In this document: positions 43,903-54,949 of the stretch, one piece after another
Numbering within the stretch: position 1 is the stretch's first letter
How the letters are laid out: each line of letters starts with the position of its first letter
Source: Octopus vulgaris
Lineage: Eukaryota
Direction of reading: 5' to 3'
DNA length: 64,000 bases
Assembly (NCBI GenBank): GCA_951406725.2
Contig: OX597816.1
Coordinates: 55,614,001-55,678,000, forward strand
The notes under the pieces: generated by a model
Database searches by the model: none
The model's input: the letters and a program-made list of their open reading frames with translations, nothing else
Told to the model about the DNA's origin: nothing
Made by a program: the position numbers and the translations under genes

Positions 43903-44391
43903 CAACTATGTCATGACAACTGTAATTATTATACACCATTACAACTTATGTATATACACTTATAGATATTTGTATGTGTGTGTGTGTGTAACGGCTTCTT
44001 GTATATCAGCATACACTGAATTATCATGGCATGAGCGTAATAAACATGATGTTAAAAACATGTATTTTGAAGAGAAAACCTATATTGAAGAGCAACCTGC
44101 GAGACAATTATCAAAACAATCTGAAAATTGACAGGAAACTGAAAAAACATCGTATGGCAGAAACGCGTGTTTTATTAGTAAAACAAAAAAAAAAAACAAT
44201 GATCTAAATATTTTTTTTTTCTAAATTAGAAAAAGACAAGAAAAATATCAAATTTTAGAAACTTAATATTTTTTATCATAATTTGTGAGATTAAATGAGA
44301 ATTATGAAGACAGAAATAGCAGTTTGAAGTTTATTTCAGATTCGGCCTGGGCAGACATGCGCGTGAAAATAATTAAATTTATTTTGGTTGC

Positions 44392-44405
44392 GTTGCCTAG
44401 GTAAC
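44392..44405. promoter_or_regulatory. RFX X-box motif (candidate promoter element)
   Basis: GTTGCC-TA-GGTAAC matches the X-box consensus GTNRCC-N0-3-RGYAAC. It lies in an apparently unique, CpG-containing patch with an NRF1-like acatgcgc 30 bp upstream. Confidence 0.5.
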
Positions 44406-45365
44406 AACGAAGTTGCGTTGGAAGAAGAAGCTTGGTAACGAAGTTTGCAAATTTAATGATTGATACCAACAGTAAACATACGAACTAAAAGAAACACAGT
44501 GCAACATGAGATATGAACAAGCAAAGAATAAACGTGGTGAACAAGAAATAAATACTAGCTGCCAGTTAGAGATATTGAGCGCAAATTGATCGATATATAA
44601 AGCAGAAATTGGTGGGAGAAGCGTGTGTGTGTGTTTGTGCATTTTAAAGTGGGCACGTGTCTAAGTGTATGTATGAGTGTGTGATCAATGTAGGCAATAA
44701 AGAATCATTCTTATCATATGCATTTACAAATTGTGTCTAAATTTGCCAGAATATGATTCTGTTAATCATGGAAGTATGACTGCGACTGACTCAAGCAACT
44801 TACTGAATACGTATGCTGACTTGTTAAAGTTACGAACAATCAAATTGCCGGAGAGAACCTGTAATTCCATCAAGCATCAACGCATATTGAATATTGAAGC
44901 AAGGTATCTCACTTTGATTCTATTTAGGATATGTGCAGGAGAGCTTTCAATATAAATGTTATTTCAAAATCAAATAAAGAAATATGTTGAAAACATCTAT
45001 GTGTAAAAAAAAACAACAAAAGATGAAAACATATTCAAATAATGTGTTATTAAGCAGTTTCATTTCTTTTTTCTTTTTCTTGCACCGTTTAAAGAATACC
45101 AATTCCGTTGAATCTGCTTCATAAATCAGCAGAGACCAAGCATGGTACCGCGATTGTAGAGCTATGATACGGCCAAATGAAATGGTATCAATCGCTACAC
45201 ATGAATTTATCATTTGCTTTGGGATACGAAATGTAAATTCCAATATTTATACACACAGTAGGATACATAAAGAATATATACAGTATATAAAGATACATGC
45301 ATATGAATGTGTGTATGTACGGACACACACACATACACACACACAAACACAAACACACACACACA

Positions 45366-45412
<47 letters not shown>

Positions 45413-45414
<2 letters not shown>

Positions 45415-45721
45415 CACCGGGATCAACATGACCGACCAGGCTATCAGATGCTGCTACACATCGCTGGTTACAATGCGCTTCGCATTGTCTTAGCCTTCAA
45501 ATGACACCACCCCGCTGGCTAAGCGAGCTGGCCAAAAGAAGAAAGAGTGAGGTAAAGTTGTGGCGAAAGAGTAGAGTAGGGATCGCAACCACCGCCTACC
45601 GGAGCCTCGTGGAGCATTTAGGTGTTTTCACTCAATAAACACTCACAACGCCCGGTCTGGGAATCGAAACCGCGATCCTACAACCGCGAGCCCACTGCCC
45701 TAACCACTGGGCCATTGCGCC
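45413..45721 (-). mobile_element. tRNA-derived SINE family E
   Basis: Colinear with 28464-28755. Confidence 0.88.
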
Positions 45722-45745
45722 ATCATATAAATATATATATATGTA

Positions 45746-46139
45746 TTCTTTTACTTGTTTCAGTCAATTGACTGTGGCCATGCTGGAGCACCGCCTTTAG
45801 TCGAACAAATCGACCCCAGAACTTATTCTTTGTAAGCCTATTACGTATTCTATTTGACTCTTATGCCGAACCGTTAAGTTATGGGGACGTAAATACACCA
45901 GCTTCGGTTGTCAAGTGATGTTGCGGGGCCAAATACAGATACACAAATATATATACACACACACACATACATATACGTATATATGACGGGCTTCTTTCAT
46001 TTTCCGTCTACCAAATCCACTCACAAGGCTTTTGTCGGCCCGAGGCTATAGTAGAAGATACTTGCCCAAGGTGCCACGCAGTGGGACTGAACCACGTGGT
46101 TGGTAAGCAAGCTACTTACCACATAGCCACTCCTGCGCC
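45746..46139 (-). mobile_element. Full-length SINE family B
   Basis: Colinear with 31825-32211. Confidence 0.88.
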
Positions 46140-46869
46140 TATATATATATAACAAACTTTGGTTGTAGAACAAACAACAAATTTAAGGTCATCCACTTAA
46201 CATATCTCGAACATTTAATCTCATATAAGGGAACAATGCATTTTCTTATACATAGAATACGGATGCACAAAATCGCAGAAGATGAAACAATATTTCATTT
46301 AGACAAGCATATAAAAAACAAGTGTATACACTCTATCGAAATATTAAGAATTTAAAAATTAATACTTCAGTGTCTAAAATTAATTTTTTAACATTATAAA
46401 ACCTAGAATAATAAATATATAAAAATACGTATATATAAGAAACATATAAATACATAAGGTAGAGATAAAAGTTCATCGATTAAGAATTATTTACGATTAA
46501 AAGTTACTTTTTAAGATAAAGGGAAACCTAAAAAAAAAACATATTTACCGTCCCTATGGCCATTTCAGGTGCTCATCAACTTAGTCAATGCACGATGGTG
46601 CATTACGGTAATGACTCCTTCATCTGGGTAAAATAATAATAACACCACACACCACGACGAAACCTCTTTGGAAAAAACCGATTCAACATTGCATGGTTTC
46701 TTATTTAGGAGGTCATGCTCAGACTAGTCCAATATTCAAAATTGTTTTTAATTCGAGAAAAAAAACCCAATTAATTATACAAATGGCTGTATTAAAGTAA
46801 ATTCAGCCTCGTTGGTTTCATTTCCCTGTAAAGAATAAATGATTTATTGACTTCGATTTTTTGTTCCTA

Positions 46870-47170
46870 TACACTTTTAAGAAGGTAGACAAAAATTCAT
46901 GGATGCCATCGGAATCACATCAGTATATTTATTCAAGGTGCTTGGTCCAAAACATTTAAGGATGGTAAGGGATTCCCTTATACACAGCTTACATTTGCTA
47001 ATATTTCCTTTCAAGTTAGGGGTTCTAGAAACGATGGACCATTCTAGATAATAATTCTTGTAATTCCTCTTTAAATCATGTAAATGGATGCAAGTGTGGT
47101 TGAGTTACAATACTTATCCTTAGAAAACGAGCTCATATGGGATCTATATCTAGCTTTAAAATCCACCTTT
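46870..47170 (-). mobile_element. Penelope-like GIY-YIG C-terminal remnant
   Basis: FKARYRSHMSSF..NSTTLA, then EWSIVSRTP..KCKLCIRESLTIL..LNKYTD, matching the PLE pattern F.R..H..SF / WSI..C.LC..E..I..LNK. Confidence 0.72.
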
Positions 47171-47174
47171 GTTG

Positions 47175-47410
47175 TATTGTATCCATTTCTCATCACATGT
47201 TACAATTCGATTCAAAAATTTTTGTGACAAGAAAGTAGCATAATTGCTGTTTCTGATTTTCATTGCATTCATGTGGAAGCTACTTATCCATCTTTTTCAG
47301 TTGAACTAGGGGAGTCAATATTTTTTGCATACAAAACCAAACAACAACGGGTACTTTTGGGTGGATCTGACTCGACAGGGACTTTCAGTTCGCCATTATC
47401 CACCTTTGTT
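47175..47410 (-). mobile_element. Mariner transposase fragment
   Basis: FLNRIVTCDEKWIQY contains the first catalytic Asp motif. Confidence 0.7.
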
Positions 47411-47419
47411 TCTGGTCGA

Positions 47420-47681
47420 CAGGGAGCTCGTTCGCGCACGTCTGTCATTTTTGTTATTCGCTGCCGACTCCCTTATAATTATTATTATTGAATGAGAGGG
47501 CAGCGCATGCCATCAAAGTGACACTGGGGTACAAATATACGAAGTCGAATACACATTTCATGATTGTCCGCCTGATGGCAGGCGCTGCCCTCTCATTCAC
47601 TAATAATAATAATGATGATGATGATAATAATATTCGGCAGCGAATAACAAAAATGGCGGACGTGCGAGCACGAGCTCCCTG
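47420..47681. repeat. Nested inverted-repeat structure (outer ~48 bp IR, inner 27 bp IR derived from family A)
   Basis: Outer: cagggagctcg..gttattcgctgccga / tcggcagcgaataac..cgagctccctg. Inner: tgaatgagagggcagcgcatgccatca / tgatggcaggcgctgccctctcattca. Confidence 0.85.
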
Positions 47682-48467
47682 CGAAGTTTGATTAATTCTG
47701 TGATCCTCGGGAAACAAGATTTAAGAAATAGCAAAAATATGAATGAAAACTGTATCTTAATGTAAATCAATTCAGGACGCTGAAATATTTCTCACATATA
47801 TGAAAAAGAAAAAATGTGAGTACAAATAATGATCGTATATGCAGTATCATAAATGTAATGTTTATATAGTTCAAACGTGCACTCGTACATTTCGTACATA
47901 AATAACGTAGAACACAGCGTTTGAACAAATTAAACAAGACAAATAATAATATCAATAAATATAAAATGCAACATGTCTCATTTTAATAAAGCTTCGAAAA
48001 CAAATAAAAGTGAAATTTTATCTATAAGCCTCAGGCATTCGAGATACGAAAAAAAGTAGTATAAAGCCAGAGACGGTGTTCTGCTAAAATGTTAACTCTG
48101 AGCACTCAAACCCCGTGTCTCCTAATGTCACTGCTCAAGTGAAAAACAAAACTAAAGGAGAATGTTGGACAGATGTCGACTACATTTAAGTACCATGTGC
48201 ATTCTACACTGCAAAACTATACCCGGGAGACATAGAGAAAAGAAAAGAAACATACCAAATATGGAGAAGAAAAACTGATAGAAAAGGACATGTCTCAGAG
48301 GATACTCTTGCGAATGTCCGGCGATATATCCTGCGTGACGGAAAAGTACACCAAACCAAAATAAACAATGTATTAGATAAAATGCACACAGAAAATAAAA
48401 CAAAACACTTCATAACTCAAAACAATGGGTCGCAATCAGGCAAAACCAGCACACCAGACATTGAGGA

Positions 48468-48595
48468 AATCCCCTTCGGTCATGAATTTCCATGGTATCG
48501 CACCTAGAAAGTTACCCCCCGAGGTACAAACCCGGGCAAGGTTGTTTATGGAAGGCCAGTAGTCGCCCATGCAGGCCAGCCTCTCCTCTCCACAC
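48468..48595 (+). repeat. Interspersed repeat fragment homologous to 13340-13420
   Basis: Shared ccccttcggtca..gggcaaggttgtttatggaa. Confidence 0.7.
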
Positions 48596-48609
48596 CACTT
48601 TCCACACCA

Positions 48610-48710
48610 CACCAGCTATACCTAGATACTCAACACTAAACACTGTCAAAAAATTAGTTCTGTTAGGAACAACCCACATCTTCCGCAAGACACTATCAAT
48701 CCAATAATGC
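48610..48710 (+). mobile_element. R4-like terminal fragment
   Basis: VKKLVLLGTTHIFRKTLS matches the R4 C-terminal QK..LLGT.HILR motif. A similar fragment lies at 33380-33530. Confidence 0.6.
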
Positions 48711-49015
48711 AACCTAAACGAAACAACCTACAAATTCAAGACACACTATACAACAGTTATCCAGTGAAATAAACTCCCACCAGCAAGCTAGAAAACCAAA
48801 GTATTACACACTCAACACACAATACTTGCAGCAACATAACAAAAGACAGCACCACGCTTCAAGGAAAAAAATCTAACACAATACAGTACCGGGAAGAGTT
48901 CGCACACTTCTAGCATCAGAAAAGAACACACAATGCTGCACACACGTCAGCAACATGGAGGTGTGGTAGGTAATGCAGTAGAAATTTGCCTCAATCTACC
49001 AAATATTGAACAGTT

Positions 49016-49052
<37 letters not shown>

Positions 49053-49214
49053 TAATAATAATAATATTAATAATAAGAAGAAGAAGAAAAAGAAGAAGAA
49101 GAAGAAAAAGAAGAAGAAGAAGAAGAAGAAGAAGAAGAAGAAGAAGACGAAGAAAAAGACGAAGAAGAATGATGATGATAATAATAATGATAATAATAAT
49201 AATAATAATAATAA

Positions 49215-49710
49215 AATGAATGGATGCACACCAGGCAATGGTTCTCAAAGCTTCCGATCTTAAGTCATTAGAAGTGTTATCATGTAAACGCCTTGTCTTC
49301 GTGTCAAAGATAGGCTACAGAAAATGTTTTGCTCCATGGCATATATTTACTTGTCAGTTGCTTGATCTTAACCAGTTAAGAATGCCCTTTAGTGGCTGAT
49401 GATATATGCCTCACTGACCAAGACCAGAGGTAGTAGCAGAGTATTATGTATTCATTGAGGTTTAAATAATTCACCTCTGGAAACATGAGTGCTTCGCTTA
49501 TCATCCGTAACCAGGCCTCATTCAGGGAACTTTTGTGCAGGATAAGCTACTCGACCTGAAGAAAATTTATTCTGAGCCGCACCTGCAAGGTCATGTGCTG
49601 TCTATGATTCATATGATGGTACCATATCACGTACATTATCATCAGATGTGTAGCCTTTATAGGTATAATGGACTTCGTATATTTGCTCCCTAGCTTCACT
49701 TTAATGATTG
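49215..49710. mobile_element. Family A repeat, older copy
   Basis: Diverged but colinear with 17700-18204. Preceded by (TAA)/(GAA) tracts at 49018-49213. Confidence 0.75.
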
Positions 49711-49719
49711 TGCTCGATC

Positions 49720-49911
49720 AGTTGTCAGGATTTTATCGAACAGAGGAGAATAGCTGATTTGATCAGTTGCCAGGATTATATAGAAACAGAAGAAAACAGC
49801 TTAGGATGGTATGAAAAAAATGCCGTGGAGCCATTATTGAACCTCTCGAAGAAGGCCGGTGACATCAAAACTTGGAACTGTGTAATGAAAGAAAAAATTA
49901 AAGAGGAAAGG

Positions 49912-49949
<38 letters not shown>

Positions 49950-51078
49950 AAACAGCATTGAAGGAAAAAATATCTATGGACAGTTTGCAAGAGATGCAAA
50001 CACCAAGACAGATACAGAAGGCGGCGAGCTGGCAGAATCGTTAGCAAGCCGGGCGAAACGCTTAGCGGTATTTCGTCTGCCGTTACGTTCTGAGTTCAAA
50101 TTCCGCCGAGGGCGACTTTGCCTTTAATCCTTTCGGGGTCGATAAATTAAGTGCCAGTTACGCACTGGGGTCCATGTAATCGACTTAATCCCTTTGTCTG
50201 TCCTGGTCTGTCCCCTCTATGTTTGGTCCCTTGTGGGCAATAAAGAAATAAGATACAGAAGACCAGTGACAATGGATGAGGAGGAATGATCTGAAGATAG
50301 AGACAGAAGCACTTATATGTGCACTGTTCGACTTTGCAATAAATATTGCTGTCATTTCTGGACTGGTGCCTCCCACTCTTCACTTGCTTGATCAAATTCA
50401 GAATCGAGAATGTGGTGTGCTCCCGTCTTTCAAATTGGTTGGGGTCTTTGGTTCACAATCGAAATGCATCTTGCTGGTCGGTCTAGTAAGCTGTCAAAAC
50501 CCTTAAACGTACCTTATGCGTCGTCACTCACGAATAAGTTCCTTTATTTTAGTAGCTCCTTTCTGCTGTCCTCTGGAACCCACTACCATCGTCTTGTTTC
50601 CCGCTGGTCTAAGCAACCATACTCTGGGATATGCCTATACACACAGATAGAGAAATTAAAGCCAATAAACCAGATATGGTTGTCAGAGATCATGAAGAAA
50701 AAATGCTTTCTAATCGATGTATCAATACCAGCAGATAACGACGTTTCTCTAAAAGAAATAGGGAAACTTTCAAAATACAAAAACCTGGAAGTAGAGGTAA
50801 CTCGAATGTGGAATCTGAAAACAGAAATAATTCCTATCATGGTAGGCGCATTAGGTATGATGAAAACAATATTCAGACAAATACATAACAAAAATCACCA
50901 GGACTTACAAAGATATATAACATACAAAAGATTGCACTACTGGGCACTGCACACATCCTACGCAAAACAATTTCAATTCAGTCATTATAAGAGCATCACA
51001 GCAAACCATAGCACATACCCAAGTCACACAAAACTGCGCTCGGTAGTGAAGTGTGACCAAGTTATAAAAATAGAACTA

Positions 51079-51080
<2 letters not shown>
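49720..51080 (+). mobile_element. R4-like LINE fragments interrupted by a SINE and a CR1/L2-like piece
   Basis: EENSLGWY..IYGQFAR..MRRNDLKIETEALICA, then KKCFLIDVSIPAD..KLSKYKNLEVEVTRMWNLKTEIIPIMVGALG (RLE), ending at (TAA)n. The segment 50322-50590 resembles the CR1/L2 YCCH.W.GA..LLDQIQNR region. Confidence 0.8.
50020..50250 (+). mobile_element. Full-length SINE family D with TSD
   Basis: ggcggcgagctggcagaatcgttagc head and B-box gagttcaaattcc, flanked by the direct repeat agatacagaa (50010-50019 and 50251-50260). Confidence 0.92.
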
Positions 51081-51142
<62 letters not shown>

Positions 51143-51189
51143 TCGAAAAATATCTTAGGAATGACAACCCAGGTTCGAAATTTCCCCAA

Positions 51190-51235
51190 AACACCTGATG
51201 AAGGCTGGAGGGTTTATCAGCCGAAACGTTGTGTT
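51190..51235 (+). ncRNA. Minimal type I hammerhead ribozyme (intact core)
   Basis: aacac-CTGATGA-a-ggctg-(10 nt)-cagcc-GAAA-cgTT-gtgtt. 5-bp stem I, 5-bp stem II, palindromic ACGT stem III, predicted cleavage after 51230. Confidence 0.85.
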
Positions 51236-52760
51236 AACAACAAACAAGATGAGGAGAAATATCCGTCAAATTTAAATAATGTAAGTAGTACACAGTTCCC
51301 AAATTAAACAGCACATGCGTAGATGGCATTTGTTTTGCCAAAATAGAGACAGAACACAGAAGTTAGGAAGGATCTCCTTTTCCGCTTGCTTATGATCTGT
51401 GCACAGGCTGTAATCTGCAAATGATTAACTACTTAGATAATCTTTAGAGAATCCAAGTTGTTAATTCAGATTGAATAAATGATTAATTGGTGATTAGGGT
51501 GAAACTAAAAAGTGCAAAATAACCTTGAAGAAAATTAGTTTAATTTTAAAAAATCCCACTATATTCATACCTCGTAAAGGAAGAGGTTTAAGAGAATCCG
51601 ATTTACAGATAATTACGAATCCATCGAATACTCAAGATACATTGATACGTTTGGGAAGGAATGTTATGGACGTATTAGAATAATGCTTCAATAAATTCTG
51701 AATAGAATAGAAGTGGTTTGAGGTCTTAATAAGACGGCTGTCGTTGTTTTAAGTTATCGCTTTAGTATTCCTTACTGGACGCTTAATGAACTTGCAGGGA
51801 TGCGCTACACAAACTGTTAGAGAAAACTTATTGTTACCATTTATATAAGGAGATGCGTGAATTATATGACATGAAATCTAAATATATAATAATGAACAAT
51901 GGAGAACTAATATAAGCGGATGGAAAACACAAATAAACCAAAAAATCGTCTCTTTCTATTTGAAGAAAAAATACACAATAGAGGGAGATGGAGAAATTAT
52001 TTTGAAGAAAAGGAGAAACAGAAATAATGAAAAAAATATAATCTAAGCTATAAATGGATCTAAAAAAGACAATGGCTATACAATGAAAATTTCTTTCAGT
52101 GGCAGTGCATGAATTAACTAAACAAGGTGGACGTAGATACAGTGTACGATCGTAACACATTTTGATAAATGTAGTATTCAAAACTCTGACCGAAACAAAT
52201 TCTATTAGGGAAGAGAATGAAAACAACCTGTCAAGAAACCAGCAAGCGTTGGGGTTGAGAAGGAGAAATCAATAACCTATTCTCTGAGTATATTGTCTTA
52301 ATCAATAGAGATTATATCTACAGGCATGTGAAAGATGGCTTTGGTGATATTGCCACCGGAATTTATATCAGTGCTATAAAATAGCGTCAGATATGTTGCA
52401 CAATAAACGTCCACCAACATTATGTCTCAAATAGTAAAAAAGCGATTATTCTCGGGAATTCACAAAGAAAGGCAACACGGATAATCTGATAAAGCAGGAA
52501 GCGAAGTTCCTCCGAATGGAAACGCCACCATTAATGGACACTAATACATCTTTAATGTAATTGATATTGCCCAGGTATATAAAGATAGCGATAACCAAAA
52601 TGTAGGACGTAATAAGAGATGTTAAGATAAGCTGACACAGCTTAACCGTTAGGGTCTAATTTTTTTTAAAACGTTTATTAAAAATTCTTTCTGGCACATA
52701 TCCTGGTGTTTTCAGGGGAAGATTTAATCGATGCCATCGACTCCTGTACTTGATTCGTGT

Positions 52761-52819
<59 letters not shown>

Positions 52820-54240
52820 CGATCCCTGAAAAATGAGGAGCAACGTCTACTTCGGTGCTATTTAAAATTCCAACGTATAAAAACTAAAAGAATAGAACAC
52901 AGCATTTTTTCGAAACTCGAGCGATTGTGGAACCTAGCTGCTCGTGACGAAAATATCTCAGAAGAAACAAATTACTTATAGGAAGTAGACTCGATTGAAA
53001 GAACAAGTTCATGGCAATGAACACATGGGTTGTTGCATTAATACGATATGGTGCAGGTATTGTTAGGTGGACAAAGAAAGAGCTTGGGGAAATGGACAGG
53101 AAAATCAGAAAATTGATGACAATTTGCAAGGAACTACACAAAATGAGCGGTATTGACAGGCTATGTGTGCCTAGGAAGAAGGGAAGAAGAGGCCTCATAT
53201 GTTGCAAGATATGTGTTGTCAATGAGAAGAACAGTCTGGGATGGTACATCAAACAGCAGATTGAATTTTTGCTTGCCGCTGTTAGAATTAACAATGCAAT
53301 CCCTACCGAAAATGTGATGCACCCATAAACATTTAGGAAAAAATATAAAGAAGCAAGAATAAACAATTGGAAAATGAAATCATTGCATGGACAATACCTC
53401 AAAGAAATCGAAGGAAAAAACAAGATGAACATTTCGAGATGGCTAAGAAGTGATCTGAAAGGATGCATAGAAGCATTGATATGCAGAGTCTAGGAGCAAG
53501 CTCTGAGAACTGATTACACCAAAATGCAAATAAATAAGAGCAGCGAATCGCCCCTTTCTAGGATATGCGCAGCAGAAACGAAACAATCTCAGATATTGTG
53601 GGTGAGTGTAGCAAGCTGCAGAAAAGCACTCCAAAAGGAGGAACGATAACGTTGATAAATGTGTTCACCGGAGAATACGTGAAAAGTACGACCTGAACAG
53701 AGCACGGAAATGGCGCAAACAAGAACTAGAAGGACTCACAGAGGAGAATAAATATTAGATACTGTGGGATTTCACAATCCAATGTCACTCCTTAATCGAG
53801 GCTCAGAGACCAGATATTGTTGTGGTAGAGAAGGGAAAAAGGAATCCAAGATTATAGATATTGAAGTAACAGGGGATGCAGGCATAAGTGATAAAGAACT
53901 AGAACAGACTGAAAAGTACAGTCTACTAAAAGAGGAAATTGTAAGAATGTGGACTAAGAGGAGAGTATCTGTCATTCCAGTAGTTGTAGGGGCACTCGGG
54001 GCACTAAGAACCAAGTTTGAGAAATACGTCAGAGAAATTGGAATCGACATGAGAGCAGAGCAATTCTCCAAAAACCTGCTCTGCTGGGGATAGCTAGGGT
54101 TTTGAGATTGGTACTTGGATGTTGAATGTCTTCCACGACAATTAACAACCAGGTATCAAAGCTTATAATGTGCGAAAGAGACCCTGTGAGACCTCTGCAA
54201 ACAGGCGGCCGTCTTCTCTCACGGAATCTACCAGAGTAAA
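52820..54240 (+). mobile_element. Decayed R4/Dong-like LINE (RT thumb to RLE)
   Basis: AMNTWVVALIRYGAGIVRWTKKELGEMDRKIRKLMT..IDRLCVPRKKGRRGL, SLHGQY, and IIDIEVTGD..EKYSLLKEEIVRMW..VIPVVVGALG. Confidence 0.88.
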
Positions 54241-54949
54241 GAAGACCGAGTTCTGTAAGAAGTAAAATAAGAAGAACACCGCCATCCCCACCACCACCAC
54301 AAACAACAACAACAACAACAACAACAACGACTGGAAAGAGTTCTTTTAAAGAGCTCTCTAATCTCTTGGCTCTCAAAGGCGTAGGTGAAACCTTCGCAAA
54401 TTAGAAAAGCGTAGTGAAGGCAGCACGTGAAAGAGAATGGAAATTCAAAACTTAAACGAAGTGAAACAAACAAAATTGCTGGCACGTTATCGTCTTCTTG
54501 AGAAGAGCCTTGGTAGACAATCCATATAGTGATGGTGTCACAATAAAAAGACCAGTTGGTAATAACCCTAAGCCACACCCTCGGTTATCAGTGAAATGCA
54601 TAGTACAAATATATCATAAAACGACGTAAACGGTACTGGAGCCCTTGATGGTGAAGGTTCTCCGTCAGGTAGATGTCACATCGGTGAGCAGGATGGGCCC
54701 CGGCTTCATCAGCCAACTGCCTGGATTAAAGGGAAGAGCGATGTAAAAAAATTGCCATAAAATATTTCCATGAGAGTATTCCAAGCTAAAGAGTATACAG
54801 AAAGTGAATGTGAACCAACTGGAACGAAATCAGAGTCTTTGAAACAACTGATCAAAACCTTCCAAACCAAAGTCGACAAATTTGAACAAATAGATGGATT
54901 TCAGAATTAGGGTTAAGGGAGTTAAAAAGAGAAATAAGCTTTGATTAAA

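Noticed and set aside
50410-51198. 262 aa ORF as a host gene
   Set aside because: It is a chance fusion of LINE debris, an R4 RLE fragment and (AAT)n.
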